The position numbers and the translations under genes were made by a program. The notes beneath the pieces were generated by a model that worked only from the letters and a program-made list of their open reading frames with translations, was not told the DNA's origin and did not search any database. A stretch of DNA of 64,000 nucleotides, from contig NC_068996.1 of the NCBI RefSeq assembly GCF_001194135.2, forward strand, positions 27,175,161-27,239,160, in the 5' to 3' direction. This document shows, one piece after another, positions 50,200-63,424 of the stretch. Source of the stretch: Octopus bimaculoides (Eukaryota). The first letter of the stretch is position 1; each line of letters starts with the position of its first letter.

Positions 50200-51555
50200 G
50201 TAATGGGTACTTTTACGTGCCACTGGTACGGGTGTCAATATGCATGACACTGGTATCTGTCACAACTGCAATTTTGCTTGGCTTGATGAGTCTTCTCAAA
50301 CACAACATAATGCCAAAGGTCTTGGTCATTGCCTCCGTGAGGCCCAACACTCGAAAGGAACTCAGCCACCTTGCCTCTGTGAGGCCCAACATTCAAGAGG
50401 AATTCAGCCACTTTGCCTCCGTGAGGCTCAACGTTCAAAAGATGTTCTTTACATGCCACCAGCACGGGTGTACTTGGCTTGACAGATTCTTTTGTATATG
50501 AAAGGTGCACAGGTACAATAAATGTTGAAAATGTGCAGAAAATAAACCACCAATGGGACAAACTAGAGGTAGTAGATAGCTTCCATGACCAAGTTAGTAC
50601 TGGAGGTGGATGCTCTGAGAGCATAGCTGTGAGAATAAGATTAGGCTGGGTAAAGTTCAGAGAGCTCCTACCACTCCTGGCAACAAAGGGCCTCTCTCAA
50701 AGTGAAAGGTAGATTGTTTGATGCCTGTGTGCGAACAGCTATGCAGCATGGTAGTGAAACATGGGCTATGACAGCTGAGGACATGCGTAGACTTGAAAGA
50801 AAATGAAACCAGTATGCTTCACTAAATGTGCATGTTCAACAGAGTGTAAGCATCTTGAGAGAAAAGTTAGGCATAAGAGGAATCAGATGTGGTGTGCAAG
50901 AGAGATGACTGTACTGGTATGTGATGTGTATGGATGAGGACAGCTGTGTAAAGAAGTGCCAATCTCTAACTGTGGAGGAAACCTGTGGTAGAGGTAGACC
51001 CAGGAAGACGTGGTGAAGCATGACCTTTGAAATTTGAGCCTCACTGAGGCAATGACTGGTGACCAAGACCTTTGATGATGTGCTGTGCTTTAGAGAACCC
51101 ATCAAGCCAAGTGCACCCACGTAGAGAACATCTTTTGAACGTTGGACCTCATGGAGGCAAAGTGGCTGAGTTCCTTTCAAGCGTTGGGCCTCACGGAGGT
51201 AAAGTGGCTGAGTTCCTTTTGAGTGTTGGGCCTCATGGAGGCAATGACTGAGACCTTTGGCATTGTGTCATGCTTGAGAAGCCCCATCAAGCTGAGCAAA
51301 ATCACAGTCTTGGCAGATACTGGTGTCACGCAAATTGGCACATAAACGCACCCCGGTGTCATGCAAATGGCACCCATGTCGGTATCATGTAAAAGCACCC
51401 ATTACACTCTTAGAGTGGTTGGTGTTTGGAAGGGCACCCAGCTGTAGAAAACCAAACCAAATCAGGCTGGAATCTGATGCACCCTTCTAGCGTGTCAGCC
51501 AAGTGAAAACGTCCAAACCATGCCAGCATGGACAACAGATGTTAAATGATGATGA
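50200..51555. mobile_element. RTE composite: inverted tail segment (minus, 50200-50482), RT C-terminal body (plus, 50483-51100), tail (plus, 51100-51555)
   Basis: Body encodes KLEVVDSF...GGGCSESIAVRIRLGWVKFRELLPLL; tail segments are reverse-complement similar and carry three ~40-bp subrepeats. Confidence 0.75.
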
Positions 51556-51569
51556 TACATACATATATA

Positions 51570-51790
51570 CTCTTTACTATTTTTACTCTTTTACTTGTTT
51601 CAGTCATTTGACTGCGGCCATGCTGGAGCACCGCCTTTAGTCAAGCAAATCGACCCCGGGACTTATTCTTTGGATGCCTAGTACTTATTCTATCGGTCTC
51701 TTTTGCCGAACCGCTAAGTTACGGGGACCTAAACACACCACCATCGCTTGTCAAGCGATGGTGGGGGGACAAACACAGACACACAAACAT

Positions 51791-51874
<84 letters not shown>

Positions 51875-52033
51875 GACAGGCTTCTTTCAGTTTCCGTCTA
51901 CCAAATCCACTCACAAGGTTTTGGTCGGCCCGAGGCTATAGTAGAAGACACTTACCCAAGGTGCCACTCAGTGGGAATGAACCCGGAGCCATGTGGTTGG
52001 TAAGCAAGCTACCTACCACACAGCCACTCCTGT
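51570..52033 (-). mobile_element. SINE family A, complete, with an expanded (CA)(TA) microsatellite
   Basis: Reverse complement of the family A consensus. Confidence 0.9.
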
Positions 52034-53679
52034 ACTTTTTTTATTTAATTTTCTATCACAGATCAGTATGTTATATATATATATATATATATATATGCCA
52101 GGCTTCTTACAGTTTCCATCTACCAAATCCACTCATAAAGCTTTGATCAGCCTGGGGCTTATGTTAGAAGACATTTGCCCAAAGTGCCATGCAGTGGGAT
52201 TGAGCCATGTTGTTTAAAGCAAGCTTCTTACCTCACAGCCACACAAAGCACCATTAAGTCACAAACTGCAATTTTTTTAATTATTATTAGTAATTTATCA
52301 TATACATGGGGAACAGTGAGAATAAGAAACAAGATATACATATTCATTAATATGTTCTGGTAAATTAAAATGTGAATTTGCTGACTGTTGTTGTATTTTA
52401 TCTTTGGAGAACACTTTCCTTTTTCAGACGAATGTGTGTTCAGAACAGATTTGATTTATTAGTGTTAATGGGACTTTTGTCATACCACAATCTTTCAACC
52501 TAGTTTTTTTGTCACTTCAACCAGAGCTACCCCCAGATCAATGAATCTAAACAAGAATTATAGCTCATGTTTATAGAAATCAGCAAACAAATTATTTTCT
52601 GATCCATGCTAATGCCTGCCTAACTGAAAGGCTCAGGTTTGGCTGTGTGGTTAGTACCTTGATTCCAACTACATATTTTAGGGTTCAGTCCCACTGCATT
52701 CATGTATGTGTGTCTGGTCTTTGTTTATAACCCAATAACTTAGTGATTTGGCAAAAGTAACTGATAGAATAGGTTCCAAACTTTGAAATTTTCTTGTTTG
52801 TCCGATGAAAAAAAATTCCATTTTCTATAGTTAAATTGCAATGATATTACAGAAATAATTTAACAGTGGTAGTGATTTATCTCATTTTTCTTATAATATT
52901 TAAGATTTTATGCTAATAAAAATTAATTTGAATTTTTCTTTGTTGACAAGGCTGTTACACTTCGCTATCTACACAAAACTAGGAATTTCACTCACCTCCT
53001 TAGGACATTTTTGTTCAAATAGGGTGAGTCTGACGAGCTTGGTGAATATTAAACCACTAGTAGAAGTCTTACAATTTTAATCCCCATATATAGGCCATCA
53101 TGACCTAATTGTTTTTAGTAGCCGGGGAAAGAAATGTTTTTTAAATAATCAGTCAGCTCATATCAAAATACATATTCAAAGAGTGTTAAACATAACATTA
53201 GCTCGATGACTATTAGTATTTTTATCATTTCAGTAAACACAGTAAACAGCTGCAGTTCTGATCCAGTCTTATTAAACCTCTTCAACAAAGCTTAGACCTC
53301 ACCATATTTGATAAAGAACTGAAGAAAGACTCATTGATTAATGTACTACAAAAATACTACCTCAGTAGGTGAGAAAAATTAGCTATTTAAAAATAAAAAT
53401 AAAGGGACCTAGGTTGAATACTCAGGGACGCCATTTGCATGAAAAACCATCAGCTAAGTTAGAGTTGGCTTTGTCAATGTAGTGAACATTTAATACCTAC
53501 TTAAAAATAATTACACAGTGAGGAAGACAACAGTAGCTCAATGACTAGTATTCATCATCTTCAGCATTTCAACATCCACTTTTCCATGCATGCATGGGTT
53601 AGACAGAATTCATTGAGATAAATGTTCTGGTGTTGGATGCTTTTCCTATTATGAACCCTCAAGCAAGGCAATATTTCCC

Positions 53680-54711
53680 TGTAGTGAAACTACCTATCGC
53701 CATTATGTACAAACAAACCATCTTCTCTCGCTGTTATAAATATAATCAAGTTCGGGCGTAGTAGAGAGCAGCCTACTGTATCCATCACGTGACTAACTAT
53801 TATTTGAAGCGGCAACTGCTTCGTACCATTCCCGCCAGAACGCAAACTGACCAACCGTAGCCCCTAATAAGGTCACGTGATAGTGTTTTTCTAATGCCTC
53901 TCTGGAGCCCCTATTTTGTTATAAATAGACTAAATTATACCCGGCAAATTCGTCGCGGTTCAGATCTCTTAGAGACCTGTTCCGTGTACCACACAGAGCA
54001 GCAGCAGCAGTTCCAGCGACAACATCAACAGCTTCGTACAACTACAACTACCAGCGTCAACACGAATCTACGACTACCACCAGCGTCCCCAACAGCATCA
54101 ACATGACTTCTACATACACAAGCTAACCAAACTACTGTGGCACTTCTCTTCGATTCTGTTTGTGTGATTCATCTTCACCACGATAAATAATAGACAAGAA
54201 CCTAACCTGCGAAGAACGTCTGTACTCAAGAACCCGGCTTGGCATGGAAGCCCTAACATCACAACTAGTGATCGCTCTGCCACACATGCCTTAACTTCTT
54301 ATACAGACACTTACCACTGTGTACTCTAAGAACTGGTACCTTAAATCCTTATACGTGTTGCTGACTTATATTCAATACTGTATCTCTCGTACCCACATAC
54401 ATGTATCACTTACACACACTCTCTTCTTTACATGACGGCCTGTCTTTTATTGTTTTCATTATGTCGCATTCACACTCACACGCAGACATACATTTTAATG
54501 CTACAATAAATATTACTGTTATTCATCCTTATCGGTTATGTTCTATCGTCTTCATTACTGGCATTTACGAATTCTCTATGTTATCGAAGTATAACATTTA
54601 TATATCATTTGATATATTTTTGTGTTCGACCGTGTGACACGTTTAAGAAAGGAGCCCTGTTTTTCCATTTGTCACCATTTCTCCTTTTGAGTTCGCACGG
54701 TCGTTCTTACA
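53680..54711 (+). mobile_element. Solo LTR, 1032 bp, 4-bp TSD
   Basis: TGTAGTG...CTTACA; TCCC at 53676-53679 and 54712-54715; the host RTE-tail repeat resumes on both sides; TATAAATA at 53920, AATAAA at 54505. Confidence 0.9.
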
Positions 54712-54830
54712 TCCCCATGGCTAAGACATGTTCTTCATGAAAGATGTGACACAAACGACACCACTTGTTTGATTTCAACACTCATTTACAACTATCTTAT
54801 GGTGTCAGGATTGGGGACACCCACACATAA

Positions 54831-54864
<34 letters not shown>

Positions 54865-55084
54865 ATATATCAAATATATATATATATTTAATAGGGAAGG
54901 CCGGTTTATGGGATTACCATGGGGTTCCCGTCCATAAAGCTAAACCCTTTATGGACAGGAAGCCCACAGCAATCCCATAAACCGGCTTTCCCCATTTAAA
55001 TATAATCTGCTCTATGTCTTAGTGTGTGCTTCTTCTCCGGATTTATGTTTTATACAAACATATATATATTATTAAAAACATGCG

Positions 55085-55560
55085 ATGGAGGAAGTTCAGA
55101 GAGCAACTACTTCTGTTGACAACAAAAGGACTCTCTCTGTGAAAGATAGATTGTATGATGTTTGTGTGAAAATGGCTGTGTTACATGGCAGTGAGACATG
55201 GGCTCTGAATGGGAGGACATGCGTAGACTGAAGAGGAATGAAGGTAGTATACTCTGTTGGATTTGCAACATCAGTGTGTATGACTGACAAAGCGTAACTG
55301 TGTTGAGAGAAAAGTTAGGCATAAGAGGAATTAAATGCGATATGCAGGAGAGAAGAATGTGTTGGTTTGGACATGATGCGTGTGGGTAAAGAGTTGTGTA
55401 CAGAAGTACCTGTCATTGAAAGTTGACAGTACTTGTGGAAGACCCATGAAGACATGGGATGAAGTGGTAAGGACCAATCTTAGGATGTTAGTGCTCACAG
55501 AGGAAATGACAATGAACCAAGATGTTTGGTGATATGAGGTTCTAGAGAAGACCCACCTAC
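55085..55560 (+). mobile_element. RTE LINE C-terminal fragment
   Basis: Similar to 60480-60950 (ggcagtgagacatggg, gaagacatgggatgaagtggt). Confidence 0.75.
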
Positions 55561-56430
55561 GTCAACAAAACTGAGTGCTAGAAGCATTGTGTCCCACTCA
55601 CATGTAACAACAAACTTTTCACACACCCTACCCCAGGAAACTGAACTACACCTCTTCTTCTAAACTGCATCATTCTCTTCTTCACATTTCCTCTTCATAA
55701 ACTATGATTATCTTCCAATCCGCTTTCCTGCCCTCACTGCCCTGCTCACTGTATTGCTGCTTTCCCCCACCCCATTTTTATACCCAAGTCTTCACCAGTT
55801 ACTGCAATCCCCACTCCTTACTTGCACCTTCTTGGCAATGCCTGACTGCGTATATTATGACTTCTATACTTCTCTCTTCATTACTCTACCATCACATCTA
55901 TGCTCTGGTCCTTATTATTTGTGAATATACCCTGGCACTTTACTATCTCTCTCCTGCTCTCTCTTGCACTTTTGCTGTTTCCCACTCTCTCTCTCTCTTT
56001 TCCTTGCTCTTCCCTCTGGCTGGCTATCCATGTATCTCCTTTACAGCAGCATACCTGTTTCTGTCCTCATTCTTAATCACTCTCTCTCTCCTTCTTGCTT
56101 TTCCCTCTGACTAGGTAACCAGGTGTCTCCTTTACATCAACATACCTATTTCTGTCCTCTTTCTTGTATCTCTCTCTCCCTCTCTCTCTCTTTTCTCTCT
56201 CTCTCTCTCTTTCTCTCTCGCTCTCTCTCTCTCTCTTTCTCTCACACTTCCTCTATAGCAAGGGACCTGTTTCTGCCTCTCTATTTCTCTGTCATGCTCT
56301 AACTTTCCATCATTTGACACCGGATCACCTCCTCCAATGACCCCTCCAGTATACCAAGACACCTGTTTTTGCTTCTCTGTCTCTGTGTCACACTCTAACT
56401 TTTCATCATCTGACACAAGTTCCTCTCTTC
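55560..56430. repeat. Long pyrimidine-rich, (CT)n-containing tract
   Basis: Strong C/T strand bias over ~870 bp. Confidence 0.7.
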
Positions 56431-57049
56431 AAATGCCCCTGCCTCAAAATTCCTTGTCTTGCAAGTTACATGGTGACCCTGCCAGGGCTGGTGCCATGTA
56501 AAAAACGTCCAATCCACACTGTAAAGTGGTCGGCATTTTGGAAAGGCATTCAGTTGTAAAAATCAAGCCAAAACTAACCTCGCCTGTGCTAGTGCCACGT
56601 AAAAACTCTGCGGAGTGGATGGTGTTAGGAAGGGCATCCAGCTGTAAAAACCCTGCCAAAACAGATACAGTCTTCTACCTAGTTGGCTCCTGTCAACCGT
56701 CCTACCCATGCATGCATGGAAGATGGACGTTAAACGATAATGATGATGTGATTACATTGGCCTCAGTCTCAGGCTGTTTTTCTTCTGAGGATGGGCCTTT
56801 GCACCTGAACTATAAAGGTTTTGTGAAACATTCCACATTGTCAGAAGCTTTCCTATTTTCTCTTTTCTTTCTCTTCTACAACAAAATATATTTTGTCGAA
56901 GTAATGGTTATGGATTAAATATTTTATTCACTCTCAGACTTAACTTTGAATTATTATTCTAAGTGATCAGGCATAGCATCCTTTGAACTTGTCACCCTCT
57001 GGAATTTTTCTTTAGGGCTATGCACATGGCTTTCACAAGCCGTCTGATA

Positions 57050-58310
57050 CAATGAAATCAATGCACTTAATATTCCAATTGGTGGCTACAGGAAAATGTG
57101 TAGGTGGGGAATTCCAGAAAGCTGAATTCTAAATGTATTGGTTAGTGTGAGTGCCTGGTTGATGAGAGGAGAAATGAGTGTGTTACAGGAAGACGTAACT
57201 GAACATGGAACAAGATGAACCTGGGCTGTGGAGTAAACATCACTAAAGTAATAGGACATAAGATAGAAGAGAGGAACACAATCTGTAAGGCAGGGGTGGG
57301 AGTGTGTTCATGAGTGACTTTCTGCCAATAAATCAGATAGCCTTCTTGGGATGCAGTGTAGGATGTCCATGTATATAGCAACAGCAGTCTCAGATGTAGG
57401 AGAAATTTTCCATTGTCTGACTCATATGAGTTTTGTAGGAGGCTTGTAGTTATAAATTAGAGTCAAGTATTTTCTGACCATGAAGAGAAAGACCAACTTT
57501 TAGGTTGCAGTTTTTGCTATACTGAAGATGTGCATTTATTGTGGGAAATTCTGATGAAGGTAAGGTCGAGCATTTTAAGCAATCATGTGGGTTCTAGTTG
57601 TGTGCTATTCATCTTTAGTGGAGGACAGGAGGCATTACTATTGAATGGAGCCCATAGGTGGACTGTTTTACCAGAAGACATTACACATGGTTAAAAACTA
57701 TACTGGTGTTGAGAGAAACTACACTGTTTTCACCAATCTTCTCAGGAAAGAGAGCTCAATAATGAATGACGTAGAAGAGTAGGTCGTCAGTAGATTTGAC
57801 TTTACAAAATCCATACTACTGATCATTAAAGAGGGAGAGCGAGATTCAGGGTGATAAAGAAGCTTCTTTATGATTATTTCCATTATCTTTGAGATGTTGA
57901 AAGTCAGTGAAATGGGATAATAGTTGGCAGGATCAGTGGAGTTGACCTAAATGTTGTGTGTGCATATCTATAATTTTGTCAACTCCTCAGACCTTTGAGA
58001 TTTTGGATTTCCCTATTAATTCTCTGCTGCCTAGCAAAAGAACAGGCCTCTGTGGTCTTCTATTAAAATAGCATTCATATCTAGTATACTTTATCTTAGT
58101 ATACTTTATCTGGATGTTGGGAACTCTTTAAAATTGCTCTCTTCTCAACCAGGCACAACCTGCACTTCCTGTTGCTATTGAAATATGGTTTGCATTTCTC
58201 CAAGATCTTCCACTTTGGAAGATCCTGGAGAAATGCAAGGGTAATATGCCCACTCTCTTGATAGATATACAAGTGGATCTTTTCCCTGACTCATGAACTC
58301 TTAGATGAGT
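57050..58310 (-). mobile_element. Decayed CR1/Jockey-type LINE reverse transcriptase
   Basis: Minus-strand reading DPANYYPISLTFNISKIMEII...Q*YGFCKVKSTDDLL...VVSLN resembles the DPxNYRPISL / QYGFRxxRST RT motifs. Confidence 0.7.
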
Positions 58311-58324
58311 CACGTGTGTAAGGA

Positions 58325-58735
58325 TTTTCGAGCGAGATCGTTGCCAGTGCCCCTGGACTGGCTCTTGTGCGGGTGGTACATAAAATACACCATTTTGAGC
58401 ATGGCCGTTGCCAGTACTGCCTGACTGGCCTTCGTGCTGGTGGCACGTAAAAGCACCCACTACACTCTCTGAGTGGTTGGCGTTAGGAAGGGCATCCAGC
58501 TGTAGAAACTCTGCCAAATNNNNNNNNNNCCTGACTGGCCTTCGTGCTGGTGGCACGTAAAAGCACCCACTACACTCTCTGAGTGGTTGGCGTTAGGAAG
58601 GGCATCCAGCTGTAGAAACTCTGCCAAATCAGATTGGAGCCTGGTGTAGCCATCTGGTTTCACCAGTCCTCAGTCAAATCGTCCAACCCATGCTAGCATG
58701 GAATGCGGACGTTAAACGATGATGATGATGATGAT
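58325..58735 (+). mobile_element. RTE-tail element, with ~90 bp duplicated across a 10-N gap
   Basis: Same family as 1-235 and 7146-7550. Confidence 0.85.
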
Positions 58736-61458
58736 ATAGATACAAAGACCCTCCCTGGTCAAGAATGTACCCACCAGCATAGACTAGTTATTAGAGACTT
58801 TAGACTCGAGGCCAGAAGGATGCCACGAAGTAGATCAGTCCAGAAAAGGATTTGGAAGCTAAAAAACCCTTCACATGGTCAGAGATTTAGGGACATCCTC
58901 ACTGAGAAATTTGATGGAAAGGAAGGGGAGCTACAGACTGGGGACATAGAGGGTAACTGGAAATTCCTTCAGGACAACTTACTGAGTGCTACAGACCAAA
59001 TCTGGAGATGGTGCAAAGTCCCTTCCAGATCTAGAGTAATGTGGTGGTGGAATAATACAGTAGACAAGGCCATTAGAGTAAAGAAACAGGCTTGGGAGGA
59101 GTGGGGGTATCAAGGAACTGTACTAGATAACCAGAAGGGAGGCTGGGAGACAGGTATACATAGCCAAGGGAGAAGCAGAAAAGAAGTTTGCCAATGTCCA
59201 ACGATGTGAGAACCAAAGAACTGAGGTGTTTTGGATTGCAAGACAGTGTGTGAGAGAAAATTGTGATGTTATAGGAGATAAATATTTCTGTATGGATGAT
59301 GGTGCACTTGCTTTTAATGATTTGGAAAAGAAAGAGACTTGGAGAAGCCATTATGAAAGACTGCTGTATGTGGAGAATGAATGTTGACCCAGTAGACGGT
59401 CCAGGTGCTTGAATAGATAGTACCCTGGTAGATAAAGCAATTAAGGATATGAAGTCAGGAAAATCTCCCAGCCCATCAGGAATCACTGCTGAGATGCTTA
59501 AAATATCTGGAAGTGTGGGTTATAGCCTAGTCACCCGTATTGTAAACCAGGTGGTTCATGATGGAGTCATACCCAATGACTGGTGTAGCAGTACCATAGT
59601 CAACTGCTACAAAGGTAAAGGTGATACTTTAGATAGAAATAACTACAGGGGTATCAAACTGCTGGATCAGGTGATGAGGGTCACAGAAAGGGTCATAGCC
59701 CAACTAATTAGGGAGAGAGTCTGCTTAGATGGGATGCAGTTTGGTTTTATGCCAGGTAGAAGCACCACTGATGCTATATTCCTGGTACAGCAACTGCAGG
59801 AGAACTACCTAGCCAAAGATAAATCCTTATACTTGGCTTTTGTTGACCTGGAGAAAACCTTTGACAGAGTCTCCTGATCCCTTATCTGGTGGGCAATGTA
59901 AGGTAAGGGTCGGCAACGAGTATAGTTAAGAATTCCAGGTAGAAGTAGGGGTTTACCAAGGATCAGTCCTCAGCTCCCTCTTATTCATCATAGTCCTCCA
60001 GACAATAACTGAGGAATTCAAGACAGGATGCCCCTGGGAGCTCCTCTATGCTGATGGCCTTGCTCTCATAGTAGAATCACTACCAGAACTAGAGTAGAAA
60101 TTTCAGGTATGGAAGCAAGGATTAGAATCGAAGGGCCTTGGAGTCAATGTTGCAAAAACCAAAGTCCTAGTAAGTAGGAAGGTAAACAAAACACAACCCC
60201 CTTCAGGTAGATGGCCCTGCTCGATCTGTAGAAAAGGTATAGGTAGAAACTCAATAAGATGTATCCAGTGTAAGCTATGGACACATAAGAGGTGCAGCAA
60301 CATCAAAGGAAGGTTAACAAGGAAGATAGTTTTCATGTGCAGCAGATGCACAAGGGCAATAAACACCACAGATGCTCAGAAAACTGATTCCATCACAAGC
60401 CAGGGGAGAAACTAGAAGTAGTTGATAGCTTCTGCTACCTAGGTGACCGAGTCTATAGGGGGGGGGGGATGCTCGGAGAGCATTGCCACTAGAATAAGAA
60501 TAGCCTGGGTAAAGTTCAGAAAGCTACCTATACTGGTGACAAAGGCCTCTCGCCCAGAGTGAAAGGTAGATTGCATGATGTATGTGTGCAAACTGCTATG
60601 CTACACAGCAGTGAAACATGGGCCATGGCTGCTAAAGACATGCGTAGGCTTGAAAGAAATGAAGCTAGTATGATCCACTGGATGTGTAATGTCAGTGTGC
60701 ACACATGACAGAGTGTAAGCACCCTGAGAGAAATGTTGGACATATGAAACATCAAATGTGTTGTGCAAGAGAGACAACTGCACTGGTATGGTCATGTACT
60801 GCGTACGGATGAGGAGAGCTGTGTGAAGAAGTGTCACTCCCTAACAGTGGAAGGAACCCATGGAAGAGGGAGACCCAGGAAGACATGGGATAAGGTGGTG
60901 AAGCATGACCTGTGAACGTTGGGCCTCACAGAGGCAATGACAAGAGACTGAGACCTCTGGAGATATGCTGTAATTGAAAAGACCTGGCAAGTAAAGTGAG
61001 ATCACAGCCATAGCCTATACCAGTGTCGCATAACCAGCCCATTAAAAAGTACCTTTGAATCATCGGGTGTTGTTCCATGCTTGAGGAGACCTATTGAGTC
61101 AAGTAAAATCAAAAATCAAAATCAAAATCAAATCAAATCACAATCAAATGGAAATTGTAGTTGTGGCTGATGCCAGTGCCGCCTGACTGGAACGCAGTAA
61201 GCACCATGCATGCATGAGTCATTGCCAGTGCCGCCTGACTGGCTTCCCATGCCGGTGGAATGTAAAAAGCACCCACTACATTCTTGGAGTGGTTGGCGTT
61301 AGGAAGGGTATCCAACTGTAGAAACACTGCCAGGTCAGATTGGTGCCCGGTGCAGCCTCCTGGCTTGCCAGTCCCCAGTCAAACCGTCCAACCCATCCCA
61401 GCATATAGCATATGGAAAATGGACGTTAAACAATAATGATGATGATGATGATGATGAT
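58736..61458 (+). mobile_element. 5'-truncated, frameshifted RTE-clade LINE (end of APE, RT, PHD-like finger, 3' UTR, (GAT)n)
   Basis: QHRLVIRDF; KSPSPSGITAEMLK; NYRGIKLL; QFGFMPGRSTTDAIF; AFVDLEK; LLYADG(D)L; EVVDSFCYLGD. Confidence 0.92.
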
Positions 61459-61592
61459 ATATATATAGAGAGAGAGATTCAGATGAATAAAGTACATAAG
61501 TTGAGGCACCAGAATTTAGTACGGTATTATCCATACAATTTCAAAATAAGGTGATTAAAATCAAAATAAGCAACAAGGATATCCAGAGGTAA

Positions 61593-61655
61593 TGCAGTAC
61601 GATCGTTTCATGCAATCATTACATCAATTTGAATGCAGAGCAATCCTCAGCTGCA
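61593..61655 (-). ncRNA. Type I minimal hammerhead ribozyme, intact core
   Basis: Minus strand reads TGCAG-CTGAGGA-TTGC...GCAT-GAAA-CGATCG-TA-CTGCA; GUA triplet, palindromic stem III; first stem II pair is U.U. Confidence 0.75.
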
Positions 61656-62722
61656 CAAAGACAGAATTTAATTGAATTAAAACAGATGGACACATTAGTA
61701 TAATTATACCTGAAATATCCAAGAAGTTAAAGAGATAGACAAAGAACATGCTGTCTTCACTCCAGCATAGAAGCTACTAAGGTATCAAGAACATATACAT
61801 TGTTACAAACTCTGCCTGTCACTGATTTTGTTTTTGGCGGGGTCAGTTTTAATTTATAGACTATTTTATCAAATCCTTGTATATCTAAGGCTGAGAGAAC
61901 AAAGGAGAAGTATCTGTTAGGGGTAGGGCTGAGGGAGCAGACAGAAATCATAGTTGGTATAGTCATAGAAATCAAGATTTATTAGAAGCAATATCATGAG
62001 GTTTGGTAAAGGAAAACTTAAAACAAGATGTTAGCTGACAATTAAGGGGGTCACCCACTAGCAGACCATTGATAATGAAACAGGGGGGAGTTTTATCATG
62101 TAGTACTATAGTTAAAATATCTTAAACTATGTTGCTATATTGTATACAGTTAAGGTTTAGGGTTATTCAGAGGATTATTAAGAAGAATATCATAAGAAAA
62201 GGATAGAAACTTTTTAATACTTTTGAGTATATACCAAACTTTTACCACAATAGAGGGAGGAAAAGAAATTATCCAGAAATAGTTTAATATTTATACATAT
62301 TGTACACTTAAATACTAACTCATCAGATGGTATCTGTGAATATTGATTAATTGGTATATACTGATATTAATAAAGGAGTATTGAGGTAAAAGAACATGCT
62401 AATTATATATTAATAAAATTATAATCTAAGCAGTTTTTTTATAAGTAGTGAATATGCCAGTATAGTTTTATATAAGCTAAGTATGAATTATTGAGTTACA
62501 ATAATTAGATTAATTTTATAAATAAATAAAGGCTAATTATAAAATAATAAAGAAATAAAATAATCAAGTCTGTAGCAATTTATATCTTCTTGATACCTTA
62601 GTAGCTTCTATGCTGGAATGAAGAGAGCATATTCTTTGTCTATCTCCTTAACTTCTTGGAGATTTTAGGTATAATTATACTAATGTGTCCATATGTTTTA
62701 ATTTGATAAAATTCTGTGTCTG

Positions 62723-62808
62723 TGCAGCTGAAGATTGCTCTGCATTTAAATTGATGTAATGATTGCATTGTTCAATTAAATGGAGTTGCATGAAATGATT
62801 GTAATGCA
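62723..62808 (+). ncRNA. Decayed hammerhead copy of the same family
   Basis: TGCAG-CTGAAGA...GCAT-GAAA-TGATTG-TA-ATGCA; CpG decay in stem III and a stem I mismatch. Confidence 0.5.
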
Positions 62809-63424
62809 CTACCTCTGGTTATGCTATATATAAAATATGATTTAAGGTGAAAAAGCACAGAAATCTTTTTTGTGTAGATAAAGATTATTTAATCCATTAC
62901 AATATGTGCAGAGTTGACCAGTTTTGCTTCGCTAATCATGACTCAGTGTCATGAAATCACTATAAGTTTTTGATTTAATCTTGCATAGAAGCAGGTATGA
63001 TCCAGTTTTGTGGAGAGTATAGCTCAAATCAGTGAATATAATATTTTTAGCTAAAGGGATAATCAGTGGATATAATATTTCTTAGCTAATATTCTTTTCC
63101 TTTTTCTTGGTTTGTTTTTTATTTGTGAATTCCATTATATATTCATGTTAAGTTCTGGTTTGTAGTTTTCAATAAATGTGACCCCTCGCCAGTGTGGAAC
63201 GCACGATAATATATACACACACACACACATATGGAAACTCAAAGATCCATCAAACAGTCAGAAGTTTAGAGGCATTCTGATTTAAACATTTGATGAGAAA
63301 GAGGAGGTTGTAACATATAATGTAGTGGACAGCTGTAAGTTCTTATGAGACAACCTTGGTATTTTTTCTATTTAGTCAGTTGTATATTTTAATGTTGCCT
63401 CGTGGATATATTTTTTTAATACAT

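Larger units (their letters stand above)
61476..62826. mobile_element. AT-rich hammerhead element (minus) with an inverted copy of its terminal ~250 bp at the other end
   Basis: ~61580-61812 is the reverse complement of ~62568-62826; the body is homologous to 250-1233. Confidence 0.75.

Noticed and set aside
53894-54106. Gln/Thr-rich ORF (…TEQQQQFQRQHQQLRTTTTT…)
   Set aside because: Lies inside the solo LTR and reflects trinucleotide repeats.
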